The position numbers and the translations under genes were made by a program. This document shows positions 49,384-59,892 of a stretch of DNA of 63,249 nt, in pieces. Every line of letters begins with the position of its first letter. The stretch's first letter is position 1. The stretch is from an uncultured Bacillales bacterium (GTDB taxonomy: Bacteria > Bacillota_I > Bacilli_A > RF39 > UBA660). The notes under the pieces were generated by a model. That model did no database searches. It was not told where the DNA came from and worked only from the letters and a program-made list of their open reading frames with translations. The stretch covers positions 1 to 63,249 of the forward strand of contig CANSPQ010000005.1 of assembly GCA_947648915.1 (NCBI GenBank), written 5' to 3'.

Positions 49384-49611
49384 TATTTATATAACGAAAA
49401 TTTGAAAAATCCAATGCATATAGAAATTCTCATTTCTGCGAGGATTTTATTACAGATTTTTAAAATCTGTAACATTATTTTTTCCTTTGTAAAATAAGCT
49501 GAAAATATTTACTAATAGTCCAATAAATAGTATAATGAATATAGGAATACAAGACTTTGTTGGGTGTTTGCCGAACTTCCAATCAATTGGATAGAGGGGA
49601 GGCTTGAGATT

Positions 49612-49704
49612 ATGAAAAAAAGAGTTTTTACTTTAAAAGTTCTAAATAACATTATTCTCATTTTGTTCCTTCTACTTTTATTAGTAGCCGAAATAAAAAA
49701 ATAG
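49612..49704 (+). CDS. putative type I toxin, 30-aa TM peptide (MKKRVFTLKVLNNIILILFLLLLLVAEIKK)
   Basis: GGGGAGG RBS, promoter TTTACT-17-TATAAT (49508-49536), long-range 5'/3' mRNA pairing. Confidence 0.7.
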   Translation: MKKRVFTLKVLNNIILILFLLLLLVAEIKK

Positions 49705-49806
49705 CACCCTAATTCAGTGAATTAAGGTGTTTAACCTTTATGGCTAACACCCAACTTTGCTACAAGTCAAGTGTTCCATTTTTATTGTATGGAATTTCTT
49801 CCATCT
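49694..49806 (-). ncRNA. putative antisense antitoxin RNA
   Basis: minus-strand TTGCAT-17-TATAAT (49813-49841) and terminator CACCTTAATTCA-C-TGAATTAGGGTG plus T run overlapping the toxin 3' end. Confidence 0.65.
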
Positions 49807-49911
49807 ATATACATTATACTAAATTCTTTAATTTTATGCAAGTTTCCGATTTGAAAATTTTTTGCTGAACTCAGTCTTTTTCATGATTTATTATAAATTT
49901 GTAATATTATT

Positions 49912-50724
49912 CTACTTTTTTACCAATGTATATCTCTTTTTATCGAACATTTGCCATGGTGCAAATTGATAACCTTCTGTATGACCTGAAATAGCAAAAT
50001 TAGTGAATCCATAACTTGCTAAAATATCTTCATTTTTTTCTAATTTCTTAAGAAGGTTTCTAATTACACTTAACCATATGAAATTTGGTATTGCTTGATA
50101 GTTTTCTGGAATATAGGAAGAAAATACACTTGGATTTAACCCAATAGATTTTAAAAATTGTATTCTTTCGCTTCTAGTCATTTGATAATCTGCATTACTA
50201 ATTTGGAATGTTTGATATTCTTTCAAATTACCGATACTAATTTTTCTTAAATCATACCATGGAATAAAATATCTTTCATGAGTACAAATACTTTTTGACA
50301 CTTCTCTTCCATCAAAACCTTTTGAAACAGCATCTATAAAAACATCTTTGCCCAAATCAACTCCTACCGATATTCCAGCATATCTTTCGTATCTTTCGGA
50401 AGGCTCATTAGTTATATTAAATAAAACTAACACTCCATGTGGGTCCTTTTCTTTTACCTTTATTAGGGTATTATAGAAACTGTTACTTTTTCCCGAATTT
50501 TCTATACCTAAAATTGGAGTTCTACCTTTTAGAGTATCAACTCTGTTCTGATCAAAATTATTTAAAAAATCCTGATAGTTTAGATAATCATCTTCATTTT
50601 CTACAATAGTTAAATCTCTAACAGGACTTAGTTGTGGAAAAAAATATAATAAATTCAACATATCACTTGTTCTATAATATTCCATCATTCTCTGCATATC
50701 ATTCATATTTTTTATGCTTAACAC
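49912..50724 (-). CDS. hypothetical protein
   Basis: 270-aa ORF, GGAG RBS, own promoter TTGACA-17-TAGAAT (50757-50785, -). Confidence 0.75.
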   Translation of the reverse strand: MLSIKNMNDMQRMMEYYRTSDMLNLLYFFPQLSPVRDLTIVENEDDYLNYQDFLNNFDQNRVDTLKGRTPILGIENSGKSNSFYNTLIKVKEKDPHGVLVLFNITNEPSERYERYAGISVGVDLGKDVFIDAVSKGFDGREVSKSICTHERYFIPWYDLRKISIGNLKEYQTFQISNADYQMTRSERIQFLKSIGLNPSVFSSYIPENYQAIPNFIWLSVIRNLLKKLEKNEDILASYGFTNFAISGHTEGYQFAPWQMFDKKRYTLVKK

Positions 50725-51040
50725 AAACGACTCTCCATCCTTTCAATATGCTTGTTATTCTATATTAAAATAGTATGTTTGTCAAATTATTTCCATAGAA
50801 AAAAATAGACACTCCTAGATATAATGATAAAAGAAATATATGCTTAAAGAATTAACCTTAAAATTTTGTATATATTCCTAAAATAATGGACTTCTATCAA
50901 ATATTATTGTTTTGTGGATAAAATAAGACGTTATTAACTGACTCAAGAAACCGTAATTATCATCTATAATTTTCAAAAAAATCAAAGAAAGACCTTTTTA
51001 TTCTTCTTAAAAATTGATATAATCAATAATAGGTGAGAGT

Positions 51041-52456
51041 ATGAAAAAGACGAAAATTATCACAACGATTGGACCAGCAAGTAAAGATGAAGAAATATTA
51101 AAAGGTTTAATTTTAAGTGGTATGAATGTAGCGCGTATCAATTTGACACATGCCAGTCATGAATTCTGTAAAGACATTATTACAAAAATTAGACGATTGA
51201 ATGAAACATTGCATACTAATGTTGCAATCATGTTGGACACCAAAGGACCAGATGTTACAGTCGGAAAGTTTGAAAGTGGAAGTGCATATTTGAATACAGG
51301 TGATAAAATTCGTGTCTATATGAATCCTATTTTAGGAGACTCTACAAAATTTTCTGTTTCTTACCCTCGACTAATTCACGATGTCAAAGTAAATGACACG
51401 ATTAAAATAAATGATGGACTAATTGAATTAACAGTATTGGATAAGGGAATTGACTATTTGTTATGTGAAGTGGTAACAGGAGGATTTGTAGAAGACCATA
51501 AGGGAATTAATGTAATTGGTGTTAGATTGAATATGCCTTTTTTAAGTAAAGAAGATGAAGAAGATATTGCTTTTGCGAATGAAATGGATGTCGATTTTTT
51601 AGCTTTAACACATGTTTCAAATGCAGAAGATGTATTAGAAATTAATGATATTTTAATTAACTTAGGAAATGATCATATCGCAATTATTCCAAAAATCGAA
51701 AATGAACGTGCGGTGGATGCGATTGATGAAATCATTGATATTAGCGATGGTGTGATGATTGCGCGTGGGGATTTGGGTGTAGAACTTCCTTTTGAACGAG
51801 TTCCTGGTATTCAAAGAACAATTATCAGTAAATGTCATCGTGCGGGAAAGGTAAGTATTGTCGCAACAGAAATGATGGCATCTATGGAAAATGCAGCTCG
51901 TCCAACACGTGCTGAAGTATCCGATGTTGCCAGTGCAGTAACAGATGGTGTAGATGCAGTTATGCTATCGGGAGAAACTACAATTGGAAAGTATCCCGTT
52001 CAAACAGTTGATATCATGAGTAAAATTATCGAAACAGCAGAAGAAGATGTCAATTATTATGAATTACTAGATAAAGCAATGCGTACTGAAAAACAGGATA
52101 CCACAGGTTCTATCGCATATAGTGTAGTAGAGTGTGCAAGTAGATTAAAAGCAAATGCGATTGTCACACCAACTATGAGTGGTTATACTGCAAGGAAGAT
52201 TAGTCGTTTTCGTCCATCTTGTCCAATTCTTGCCATTAGCCCTGATGAAAAAACGGTAAGAAATTTGACAATTTACTATGGAATTTATCCAGAAACTATC
52301 AAGCCAATTAAATCATTTGATGAAATGATGGAACGATCAAAAGAAGTTTCAAAACAAATTACCAAAGCAGAGGTAGGAGACCGTATTGTGATAACGGGTG
52401 GATATCCATTCAAAGAAGTGAAACATACAAACTTCATGAAAATAGAAGATTTATAA
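51041..52456 (+). CDS. pyk: pyruvate kinase
   Basis: TKIITTIGPAS, LDTKGP, MIARGDLGVE, PTRAEVSD. Confidence 0.95.
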   Translation: MKKTKIITTIGPASKDEEILKGLILSGMNVARINLTHASHEFCKDIITKIRRLNETLHTNVAIMLDTKGPDVTVGKFESGSAYLNTGDKIRVYMNPILGDSTKFSVSYPRLIHDVKVNDTIKINDGLIELTVLDKGIDYLLCEVVTGGFVEDHKGINVIGVRLNMPFLSKEDEEDIAFANEMDVDFLALTHVSNAEDVLEINDILINLGNDHIAIIPKIENERAVDAIDEIIDISDGVMIARGDLGVELPFERVPGIQRTIISKCHRAGKVSIVATEMMASMENAARPTRAEVSDVASAVTDGVDAVMLSGETTIGKYPVQTVDIMSKIIETAEEDVNYYELLDKAMRTEKQDTTGSIAYSVVECASRLKANAIVTPTMSGYTARKISRFRPSCPILAISPDEKTVRNLTIYYGIYPETIKPIKSFDEMMERSKEVSKQITKAEVGDRIVITGGYPFKEVKHTNFMKIEDL

Positions 52457-52464
52457 GAAAAGGG

Positions 52465-54879
52465 GTGGTAAGTGTGTACAATCTAGGAGAACAATTTAAA
52501 ATGGATTATACATTAGCCAAAGCCAATCCAGAGAATGTGATTCAAGGTAAATATTATCGTTTTACCATTCTAAGTGAACGTGTCATTCGGATGGAATATA
52601 ACAAGGAAGGATTATTTGAAGATAGACCAACAACCTTAATTTGGTATCGTAACATGGAACCTGTTCCTTTTACTAAAAAAGAAACAGACCGTGTATTAGA
52701 AATTAAAACCAAATATTTTCATCTTCGTTATGTGAAAGAAAAACCATTTGATGGTGGAAGACTGAACGCAATGGCAAATTTAAGAGTAGAACTATTAAAT
52801 TCCAATCGAATTTGGTACTACAATCATCCAGAAGTTAGAAATTATGGAGCACCCGGAATGTCTTTAGATGCCTATGATAAAAAAATGAAATTGAAAAAAG
52901 GCCTATTTTCTACAGATGGTTTTGCGACAATTGACGATGCGGAACATATGATTTTAACAGAAAATGGAACCTTAGAAGAACGTAGTATTGCAGAAATAGA
53001 TATTTACTTATTTATGTATTTAAAGGATTTTGGATATTGTTTACAGGATTACTTTGCATTGACAGGGCAACCTGCTTTATTGCCACGTTATGCGCTTGGT
53101 AACTGGTGGGGCAAAGAAGAAGCGTATAATGATCAAACCCTATCGGAGTTGATTGGAAAATTCAAAGATAAGGGAATTCCTTTATCTATCCTTTTGTTAA
53201 GTGAATCGTGGCATTTACAAGATTACAATGGTAAAAAAAGGGAATCTGGATTTACATGGAATCACAATCAATTTGTAAATCCAGAAACAACAATTGAATT
53301 TCTACATCGAAATGGTATTCGTTTAGGATTAAATATCAAACCATTACATGGATTTCTTCCTTATGAAGAAAATTATGAAAAAATAAAGGAAAAAATTCAA
53401 CCAGATAAGAATGGAGTTATCCCTTTTCAAGTATTCAATCCTGAAACACTTGATTTGTATTTCAAGTTATGTATCCATCCACTCGATCAAATGGGGGTTG
53501 ACTTTTATTTTCTAGATGAAAAACCAAAAAATCCAACAGAATTATGGGCATTAAATCATTATCATTATTTGGATATGCAAAAAGATTATAAAAGAAGAGC
53601 AATGGTTTGTACGAGAAACGCTATGGTGGCCCCTCATCGTTATCCAGTTTTGTATTCTGGAAAAAGTATTGTTAGTTGGGATACTTTAAGAATGATACCT
53701 TTTTATAATGGTAATGCAACGAATATAGGAATTAGCTATTGGAGTCACGATATTGGTGGATATTATAATGGAATCGAAGATAGCGAACTCTATATTAGAT
53801 ATGTGCAACTAGGGGTACTTAGTCCTATTTTAAAACTGGGTTCAGAAGATGGAAAGTACTATAAAAGGGAACCATGGCTTTGGGATTATAAAACCTATAA
53901 AATCGTAAAGGATTATATGACATTGCGTCATCGTTTGATTCCATATATTTATACAGAGGCCTATAAATATCATAAATATGGGATGCCAATCATAACACCA
54001 ATTTATTATAAATTTCCAGAAATGTATGATGATATAAACTATCGTAATGGATACTATTTTGGAAGCGAATTATTTGTTTGTCCAATTATCAATAAAAAAG
54101 AACCGATTATGAATCGTGTTATTCATAAGTTCTTTTTGCCATCAGGGGTATGGTATGACTATGTAACAGGTAAGAAGTTTCCTGGTGGTAAAAAATATAT
54201 TTCCTTCTTCAAAGATGAAGATTATCCAGTATTCGCAAAAGCAGGATCTATTATTGTGCTAGGAGACCATGAAAATATCAATGATACAACTCCCCCAGAA
54301 AAAATGGAGATTCAAATTTTTCCAGGTAGAAGTAATTCTTATGATTTATATGAAGATGATGGTGTAAGTGAATTATATAAAAAAGAGTATTGTCTCATTA
54401 CTAATATTGATTACAATTATATGCCAAATAATTACACTGTTATTATGCGCCCTATTTCTGGAAAGACGGGCATTGTTCCAGAATATCGAGATTACAAATT
54501 TGTTTTCCGTAATACCAAAGAAGCGGAAGATGTGATTGTTTATTTTAACGACCAAAAAATAGAGGCAAATTCTTATGTAGAAGATACCAATTTTATTGTA
54601 GAAGTAAAACATGTGTCAACATTAGGACAACTTACTTTAAACTGTAAGGGTAAAGATATTGAGATAGATGCAGTGCGTATCATCAATGATGATATTGAGT
54701 CTATTATTTCCGATTTACCAATTGAAACAGAAATGAAAAGTAGGATTGATGCCGTTATGTTTAGTGATGATTCCATCAAGAAAAAGCGAATTGGTATTCG
54801 CAAATTAAGCAATCATAGGTTGGAACGAAAATATATCAAGTTATTCTTGAAATTACTTGACTATATCAAAGAAGTATAA
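52465..54879 (+). CDS. GH31-family glycoside hydrolase-like protein (degenerate active site)
   Basis: LPRYALGNWW, WSHDIGG, LRHRLIPYIY, LYEDDG. Confidence 0.8.
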   Translation: MVSVYNLGEQFKMDYTLAKANPENVIQGKYYRFTILSERVIRMEYNKEGLFEDRPTTLIWYRNMEPVPFTKKETDRVLEIKTKYFHLRYVKEKPFDGGRLNAMANLRVELLNSNRIWYYNHPEVRNYGAPGMSLDAYDKKMKLKKGLFSTDGFATIDDAEHMILTENGTLEERSIAEIDIYLFMYLKDFGYCLQDYFALTGQPALLPRYALGNWWGKEEAYNDQTLSELIGKFKDKGIPLSILLLSESWHLQDYNGKKRESGFTWNHNQFVNPETTIEFLHRNGIRLGLNIKPLHGFLPYEENYEKIKEKIQPDKNGVIPFQVFNPETLDLYFKLCIHPLDQMGVDFYFLDEKPKNPTELWALNHYHYLDMQKDYKRRAMVCTRNAMVAPHRYPVLYSGKSIVSWDTLRMIPFYNGNATNIGISYWSHDIGGYYNGIEDSELYIRYVQLGVLSPILKLGSEDGKYYKREPWLWDYKTYKIVKDYMTLRHRLIPYIYTEAYKYHKYGMPIITPIYYKFPEMYDDINYRNGYYFGSELFVCPIINKKEPIMNRVIHKFFLPSGVWYDYVTGKKFPGGKKYISFFKDEDYPVFAKAGSIIVLGDHENINDTTPPEKMEIQIFPGRSNSYDLYEDDGVSELYKKEYCLITNIDYNYMPNNYTVIMRPISGKTGIVPEYRDYKFVFRNTKEAEDVIVYFNDQKIEANSYVEDTNFIVEVKHVSTLGQLTLNCKGKDIEIDAVRIINDDIESIISDLPIETEMKSRIDAVMFSDDSIKKKRIGIRKLSNHRLERKYIKLFLKLLDYIKEV

Positions 54880-54935
54880 GTTTACAAGCAGGTTTATTTC
54901 CGGTATAATCAATGTAATGAAGGAAGGATATTAAG

Positions 54936-55252
54936 ATGCAAGAAAATCAAACTTTAGATTTCAAAAACAACAAATGCAAGTAAGAATTCAAAATTTGGAG
55001 GTTCTACTTCACAAGTATCATAATATAATACAAGATGCCAATGACTTTCAAACATTAATGGAAGCGCAGAATTTAATACTACAGATTAAACCAATTTTAG
55101 AATCCTTACAACAGTTGCAATATCGTTGTGCATCATATGTTGCAATTGTTGTAAGGAGAAAGACAAAAATAGTTGCATTCTCTCATATTTTATATTATAC
55201 TAATAACAGAAAAACGAAGAAGAAGAGTAGTAATTTTGAGATGTCATATTAG
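54936..55252 (+). pseudogene. frameshifted hypothetical gene
   Basis: RBS AAGGAAGG precedes ATG 54936, which is out of frame with the 54974 ORF; the 3' part runs into the leuS leader. Confidence 0.45.
55103..55157. repeat. 21-bp imperfect inverted repeat
   Basis: TCCTTACAACAGTTGCAATAT-13 nt-ATGTTGCAATTGTTGTAAGGA. Confidence 0.8.
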
Positions 55253-55406
55253 AGACAAAGTGGTTGGTGAAAACTTTGGGATGAACAAAATGAACTTGCT
55301 TTGGAGTTCCTAAAAGGCGTAGACATGCGTTAAATGTAAGAGAGCATAAGTATTATGAATTAAGGTGGTACCGCGGATATTCCGTCCTTAAACATAATGC
55401 TTTTTT
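55212..55406 (+). ncRNA. T-box riboswitch (Leu)
   Basis: promoter TTGCAT-17-TATACT, AGAGA and GGTGAAA motifs, specifier CTT (55295-55297), AAGGTGGTACCGCGG. Confidence 0.9.
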
Positions 55407-55424
55407 GTGTGAAGAGGTGAATTT

Positions 55425-55778
55425 ATGAAAGAAATGTTATTTTATGGAATTGTTTTTATCATTCTTTATTTGAGTTATGTTTTATTTGTGATTATTCGTA
55501 AAAAGAAATTGACCCAATTTCGTAACAATACCTATGTCAAATATTTAGAAAATGTATATCATTTAGATATGAGTACCATATCTATCAAGGGACTCGCACA
55601 TGTGATTGCCTTAGCGAATGCAACCATTATTACTGTAACTTTGTGTGTTGTTGGAATGACAAATAATCTATTACTTAAAATGTTACTTGCTTTTGCGGTT
55701 TTAATTCCGTTTCAATTATTGGTATATCATATCATTGGAAAAAGTTATCAAATCAAACATAAAAGGAAGGAAGATTAA
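55425..55778 (+). CDS. small membrane protein (about 3 TM)
   Basis: GAGGTG RBS; hydrophobic segments; stop 2 nt before leuS. Confidence 0.75.
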   Translation: MKEMLFYGIVFIILYLSYVLFVIIRKKKLTQFRNNTYVKYLENVYHLDMSTISIKGLAHVIALANATIITVTLCVVGMTNNLLLKMLLAFAVLIPFQLLVYHIIGKSYQIKHKRKED

Positions 55779-55780
55779 TT

Positions 55781-58597
55781 ATGTATAATTTTAAAGAAAC
55801 TGAAAAAAAGTGGCAAAACTATTGGGAAGAAAATGAAACATTCAAAACCGATGTATGGGATTTTTCAAAACCAAAATTCTATGCATTAGATATGTTTCCT
55901 TATCCATCAGGCGTAGGGTTACATGCAGGGCATCCAGAAGGATATACGGCAACTGATATTGTAACACGTATGAAAAAAATGCAAGGATATAATGTGTTAC
56001 ACCCAATGGGCTGGGATGCTTTTGGTTTACCTGCAGAACAATATGCAATTAATACAGGAAATCATCCAGAACAATTTACACTTGATAACATTAAAACATT
56101 TAAGGGACAATTAAAATCACTTGGTTTTGCCTACGATTGGAAAAGAGAAATATCGACAACTGATCCAACTTACTATAAATGGACACAATGGATTTTTAAG
56201 CAACTATATTTAGATGGTTATGCCAAGTATATTGATATGCCTGTTAATTGGTGTGAAGAATTAGGAACTGTGCTATCCAATGATGAAGTGATTGATGGGA
56301 AAAGTGAACGTGGTGGATATCCAGTTGTTCGTAAGAATATGAAGCAATGGGTTATGGATATTCCTGCCTATGCGGAAAAATTATTGAATAACTTAGATGA
56401 TCTAGATTGGCCTGAATCTACCAAAGAAATTCAAAGAAATTGGATTGGAAAATCAGTGGGTGCTTTAGTAGATTTTAAAGTGGCGAATACCCATCACACA
56501 TTTACTGTATTTACAACACGCTGTGATACTTTATTTGGAGCAACTTATTGTGTCTTATCTCCAGAACATAAAATTGTAAATGAAATTACAACAGAGGAAC
56601 AAAAAGAAGCGATAGAAGAATATCAAAGAATCTGTGCGACCAAATCAGAATTAGAAAGAACAGAACTGAATAAAGATAAAACAGGTGTATTTACAGGAGC
56701 TTATGCAATTAATCCTGTGAACAATAAAGAAATTCCTATTTGGATTTCAGACTATGTACTCGCAGCTTATGGAACAGGAGCCATTATGGCGGTACCTGCA
56801 CATGATGATAGAGACTATGAATTTGCGAAAAAATTCAATATTCCAATCATTCAAGTTCTTGAAGAGGAAACAGGAGAGACAAAAGAAAATGAATCTCAAA
56901 AAAATAGTATTGTTGCGATTGTGCATGATCAGGAAACGGATCAGTATTTAACCATTAATTGGCATCAATTGGGTGGACGATTATTTATAGGTGGAACGAT
57001 AAAAGAAGGAGAAACACCATTAGAATGTGCGCTTCGTGAAGTTGCCGAAGAAACTGGATATACAGATATTGAACAGTTAAAAGAAACTTTTAAAATTAGA
57101 CATCATTATTATGCACATAATAAAGATAAGTATTTTCAAATTGAATGTACAGGTTTTCTATTTGAATTAAAAAGTCATAATAAACAAACTCAAAATCTGG
57201 ATGATGATGAAGAATTTGATGTAGAATGGGTTTCTAAGGATGTAGCACTTGAAGAAATCAAGGATGCATTGCATCTCAAAACATTTGAATATACCGAAAA
57301 TGGTGGTGCGATGACAGGGGATGGAATTCACATCAATTCTGAATTTTTAAATGGACTTTATAAAGAAGAAGCAATCCAAAAAATGATTGCTTGGTTAGAA
57401 GAACACCATGTTGGAAAAAAACAGATTAATTATAGATTGAGAGATTGGATTTTTGCTCGTCAACGTTATTGGGGAGAACCAGTTCCAATTGTGCATATGG
57501 AGGATGGAACAGATCACGTCTTAGAAGATGAAGAACTTCCATTAATATTACCAAAGATGGATGATTATAAGGGTAGAAATGGCAAAGCGCCTTTGGAGAA
57601 TGCAGAAGAATGGAAACATGTTGAAATAGATGGGATAGAAGGTATTCGGGAAACATCTACTATGCCAGGAAGTGCTGGTTCTAGTTGGTATTTCTTAAGA
57701 TACATTGATCCAAATAATGAAGATGCAATCGCAGATCCTAAACTTTTGAAACACTGGTTACCAGTTGATTTATATGTTGGTGGTCCAGAACATGCGGTTG
57801 GACATTTATTGTATTCAAGATTTTGGAATGAATACTTGTATGATAAAGGAATTGTTCCAGTGAAAGAACCATTCCAAAAATTAGTACATCAAGGTATGAT
57901 TTTAGGAGCTAATGGAATCAAGATGGGAAAAAGATATCCTGAATATGTAGTGAACCCAAGTGATGTAGTGGAAAGTCATGGTGCAGATGCCTTACGTTTG
58001 TATGAAATGTTTATGGGGCCATTACAAGCAGATAAACCTTGGAGTCAAACGGGATTAGACGGTTCTAAAAAATTCTTGGATAGAGTTTATCGTATTTTTG
58101 AAGAAGGAAAAATGGTGGAAGAAACTACACCTGAATTAGAAAAAGTCTATCATCAAACCGTTAAGAAAGTTACCAATGATTATGAGACACTTAACTTTAA
58201 TACTGCAATTAGTCAAATGATGATTTTTATCAATGCAGTATATAAAGAAGATAAAATATCAAGAGAATATGCAGAAGGTTTTATTCAATTACTAAATCCA
58301 GTTTGTCCACATATGACAGAAGAAATATGGCATACATATTTAGGTCATGATGAAACAATTGCAGTTTCCACTTGGCCTACTTATGAGGAATCAAAAACAG
58401 TGGAAGATACCTATGAAATGATTGTGCAAGTAAATGGAAAAGTAAGAGGAAAAATAGAAGTATCTACAAGCACTACGAAAGAAGAAATGGAAACACTTGC
58501 AAAAGATATCCCGAATGTCAAAATACATTTAGAAGATAAAGAAATTATAAAAGTAATTACGGTTCCTAAAAAGTTAGTTAATATTGTTGTGAAGTAA
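55781..58597 (+). CDS. leuS: leucyl-tRNA synthetase with inserted Nudix domain
   Basis: [44 protein letters not shown]; Nudix box at 56993-57061. Confidence 0.95.
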   Translation: MYNFKETEKKWQNYWEENETFKTDVWDFSKPKFYALDMFPYPSGVGLHAGHPEGYTATDIVTRMKKMQGYNVLHPMGWDAFGLPAEQYAINTGNHPEQFTLDNIKTFKGQLKSLGFAYDWKREISTTDPTYYKWTQWIFKQLYLDGYAKYIDMPVNWCEELGTVLSNDEVIDGKSERGGYPVVRKNMKQWVMDIPAYAEKLLNNLDDLDWPESTKEIQRNWIGKSVGALVDFKVANTHHTFTVFTTRCDTLFGATYCVLSPEHKIVNEITTEEQKEAIEEYQRICATKSELERTELNKDKTGVFTGAYAINPVNNKEIPIWISDYVLAAYGTGAIMAVPAHDDRDYEFAKKFNIPIIQVLEEETGETKENESQKNSIVAIVHDQETDQYLTINWHQLGGRLFIGGTIKEGETPLECALREVAEETGYTDIEQLKETFKIRHHYYAHNKDKYFQIECTGFLFELKSHNKQTQNLDDDEEFDVEWVSKDVALEEIKDALHLKTFEYTENGGAMTGDGIHINSEFLNGLYKEEAIQKMIAWLEEHHVGKKQINYRLRDWIFARQRYWGEPVPIVHMEDGTDHVLEDEELPLILPKMDDYKGRNGKAPLENAEEWKHVEIDGIEGIRETSTMPGSAGSSWYFLRYIDPNNEDAIADPKLLKHWLPVDLYVGGPEHAVGHLLYSRFWNEYLYDKGIVPVKEPFQKLVHQGMILGANGIKMGKRYPEYVVNPSDVVESHGADALRLYEMFMGPLQADKPWSQTGLDGSKKFLDRVYRIFEEGKMVEETTPELEKVYHQTVKKVTNDYETLNFNTAISQMMIFINAVYKEDKISREYAEGFIQLLNPVCPHMTEEIWHTYLGHDETIAVSTWPTYEESKTVEDTYEMIVQVNGKVRGKIEVSTSTTKEEMETLAKDIPNVKIHLEDKEIIKVITVPKKLVNIVVK

Positions 58598-58724
58598 TAA
58601 TAGTAAAAAATGAACGAAAGAGGAAAAAAGTCCTCTTTCTTTCTTGAATTAAGTAAAATTAAATAGTATACTATAGGTAAGGTAGTTGAATACGTAATAG
58701 ATGTATTCCAATAAGGAGGAACAA

Positions 58725-59066
58725 ATGAAAAAACAAATAATTATAATTGTAACATTTATCACATTAGCAGGCATACTAACAGGATGTGGGAAGAAAGAAT
58801 CAAAAGAAGAATTGATTGGAAAGTGGACAACAAAATATGAACTGGGAATGTATGGCGAAATTACTCAGACATATGAATTCCAAAAAGACAAGACATGCAA
58901 GAAAACATTGATTACAGATATGGTAATTGAAAACAGTTGTACCTATGAGAAAAAGGATAATACAATAGAAATTACATATAGTGATGGAAAAACAGATTCC
59001 CTTAATTATCGAATGGAAGAAGATAAATTAATCCTTGGTGGATATACACATACAAAAGAAGATTAA
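58725..59066 (+). CDS. lipoprotein (lipocalin/DUF5640-like)
   Basis: LTGC lipobox, LIGKW motif. Confidence 0.7.
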   Translation: MKKQIIIIVTFITLAGILTGCGKKESKEELIGKWTTKYELGMYGEITQTYEFQKDKTCKKTLITDMVIENSCTYEKKDNTIEITYSDGKTDSLNYRMEEDKLILGGYTHTKED

Positions 59067-59178
59067 ATTATGTTAAGGAACAGATTACAATCTGTTCTTT
59101 CCATTTTTGACTAATTCATTTTTTGGAAAAAAGGAATAATTATGGTATACTAGTTATGGTTAATTAAGGAGGATTAAA

Positions 59179-59808
59179 ATGCGTTTACGAAATATAAAAG
59201 GTGCGAAAGAAACTGTATTGCAATCTCCTTATATTGTAGAAAATCCTACATTGCATTGTAGAAATTGGGCTTCTTGTTTTTCAAATGACAATCCAATTCA
59301 CATAGAAATCGGAATGGGTAAAGGAAAATTTCTAATAGAAAAGGCAATTCGTTACCCCAATATTAATTTTATTGGAATTGAAAAATATTATAGTGTATTA
59401 GTTAAGGCAGTTCATCAGTTAGAACTACAAAAACTCCCTAATTTAAAAATAATTTCTATGGATGCAAAAGATATTGATCAGATATTTGATAAAGAGATAG
59501 AAACTGTTTATCTAAATTTCTCAGATCCTTGGCCTAAAAATAGACATGAAAAAAGAAGATTAACGAGCTTTCATTTTTTAAAAGAATATGATTCCATTTT
59601 CAAAGAGAAAAAACATATTATTATGAAAACAGATAATCGAAAACTATTTGAATATTCTATTATATCTTGTACAAATTATGGATATCAAATTAGACAGATT
59701 TCCCTTAATTTATATGATGATAAATTAGAAGATAATATTGCAACTGAATATGAGATTAAATTTTCAAACAAAGGCTATCCTATTTATCAAATGGAAATTG
59801 AAAAATAG
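59179..59808 (+). CDS. trmB: tRNA (guanine-N7)-methyltransferase
   Basis: EIGMGKG, NFSDPWPKNRHEKRRLT, KTDN, TEYE. Confidence 0.95.
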   Translation: MRLRNIKGAKETVLQSPYIVENPTLHCRNWASCFSNDNPIHIEIGMGKGKFLIEKAIRYPNINFIGIEKYYSVLVKAVHQLELQKLPNLKIISMDAKDIDQIFDKEIETVYLNFSDPWPKNRHEKRRLTSFHFLKEYDSIFKEKKHIIMKTDNRKLFEYSIISCTNYGYQIRQISLNLYDDKLEDNIATEYEIKFSNKGYPIYQMEIEK

Positions 59809-59892
59809 CTTTACAATAAGTAGACGTCATTTTTGAAAAATACTTTTGCAAATTGAAATAATTTGATATACTGATAGTAAGAGTGGTGAAAG

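Noticed and set aside
49612-49704. MKKRVFTL as a fourth prepilin stub
   Set aside because: No Gly at -1 or Glu at +5 and no leader element; the surrounding architecture fits a type I toxin.
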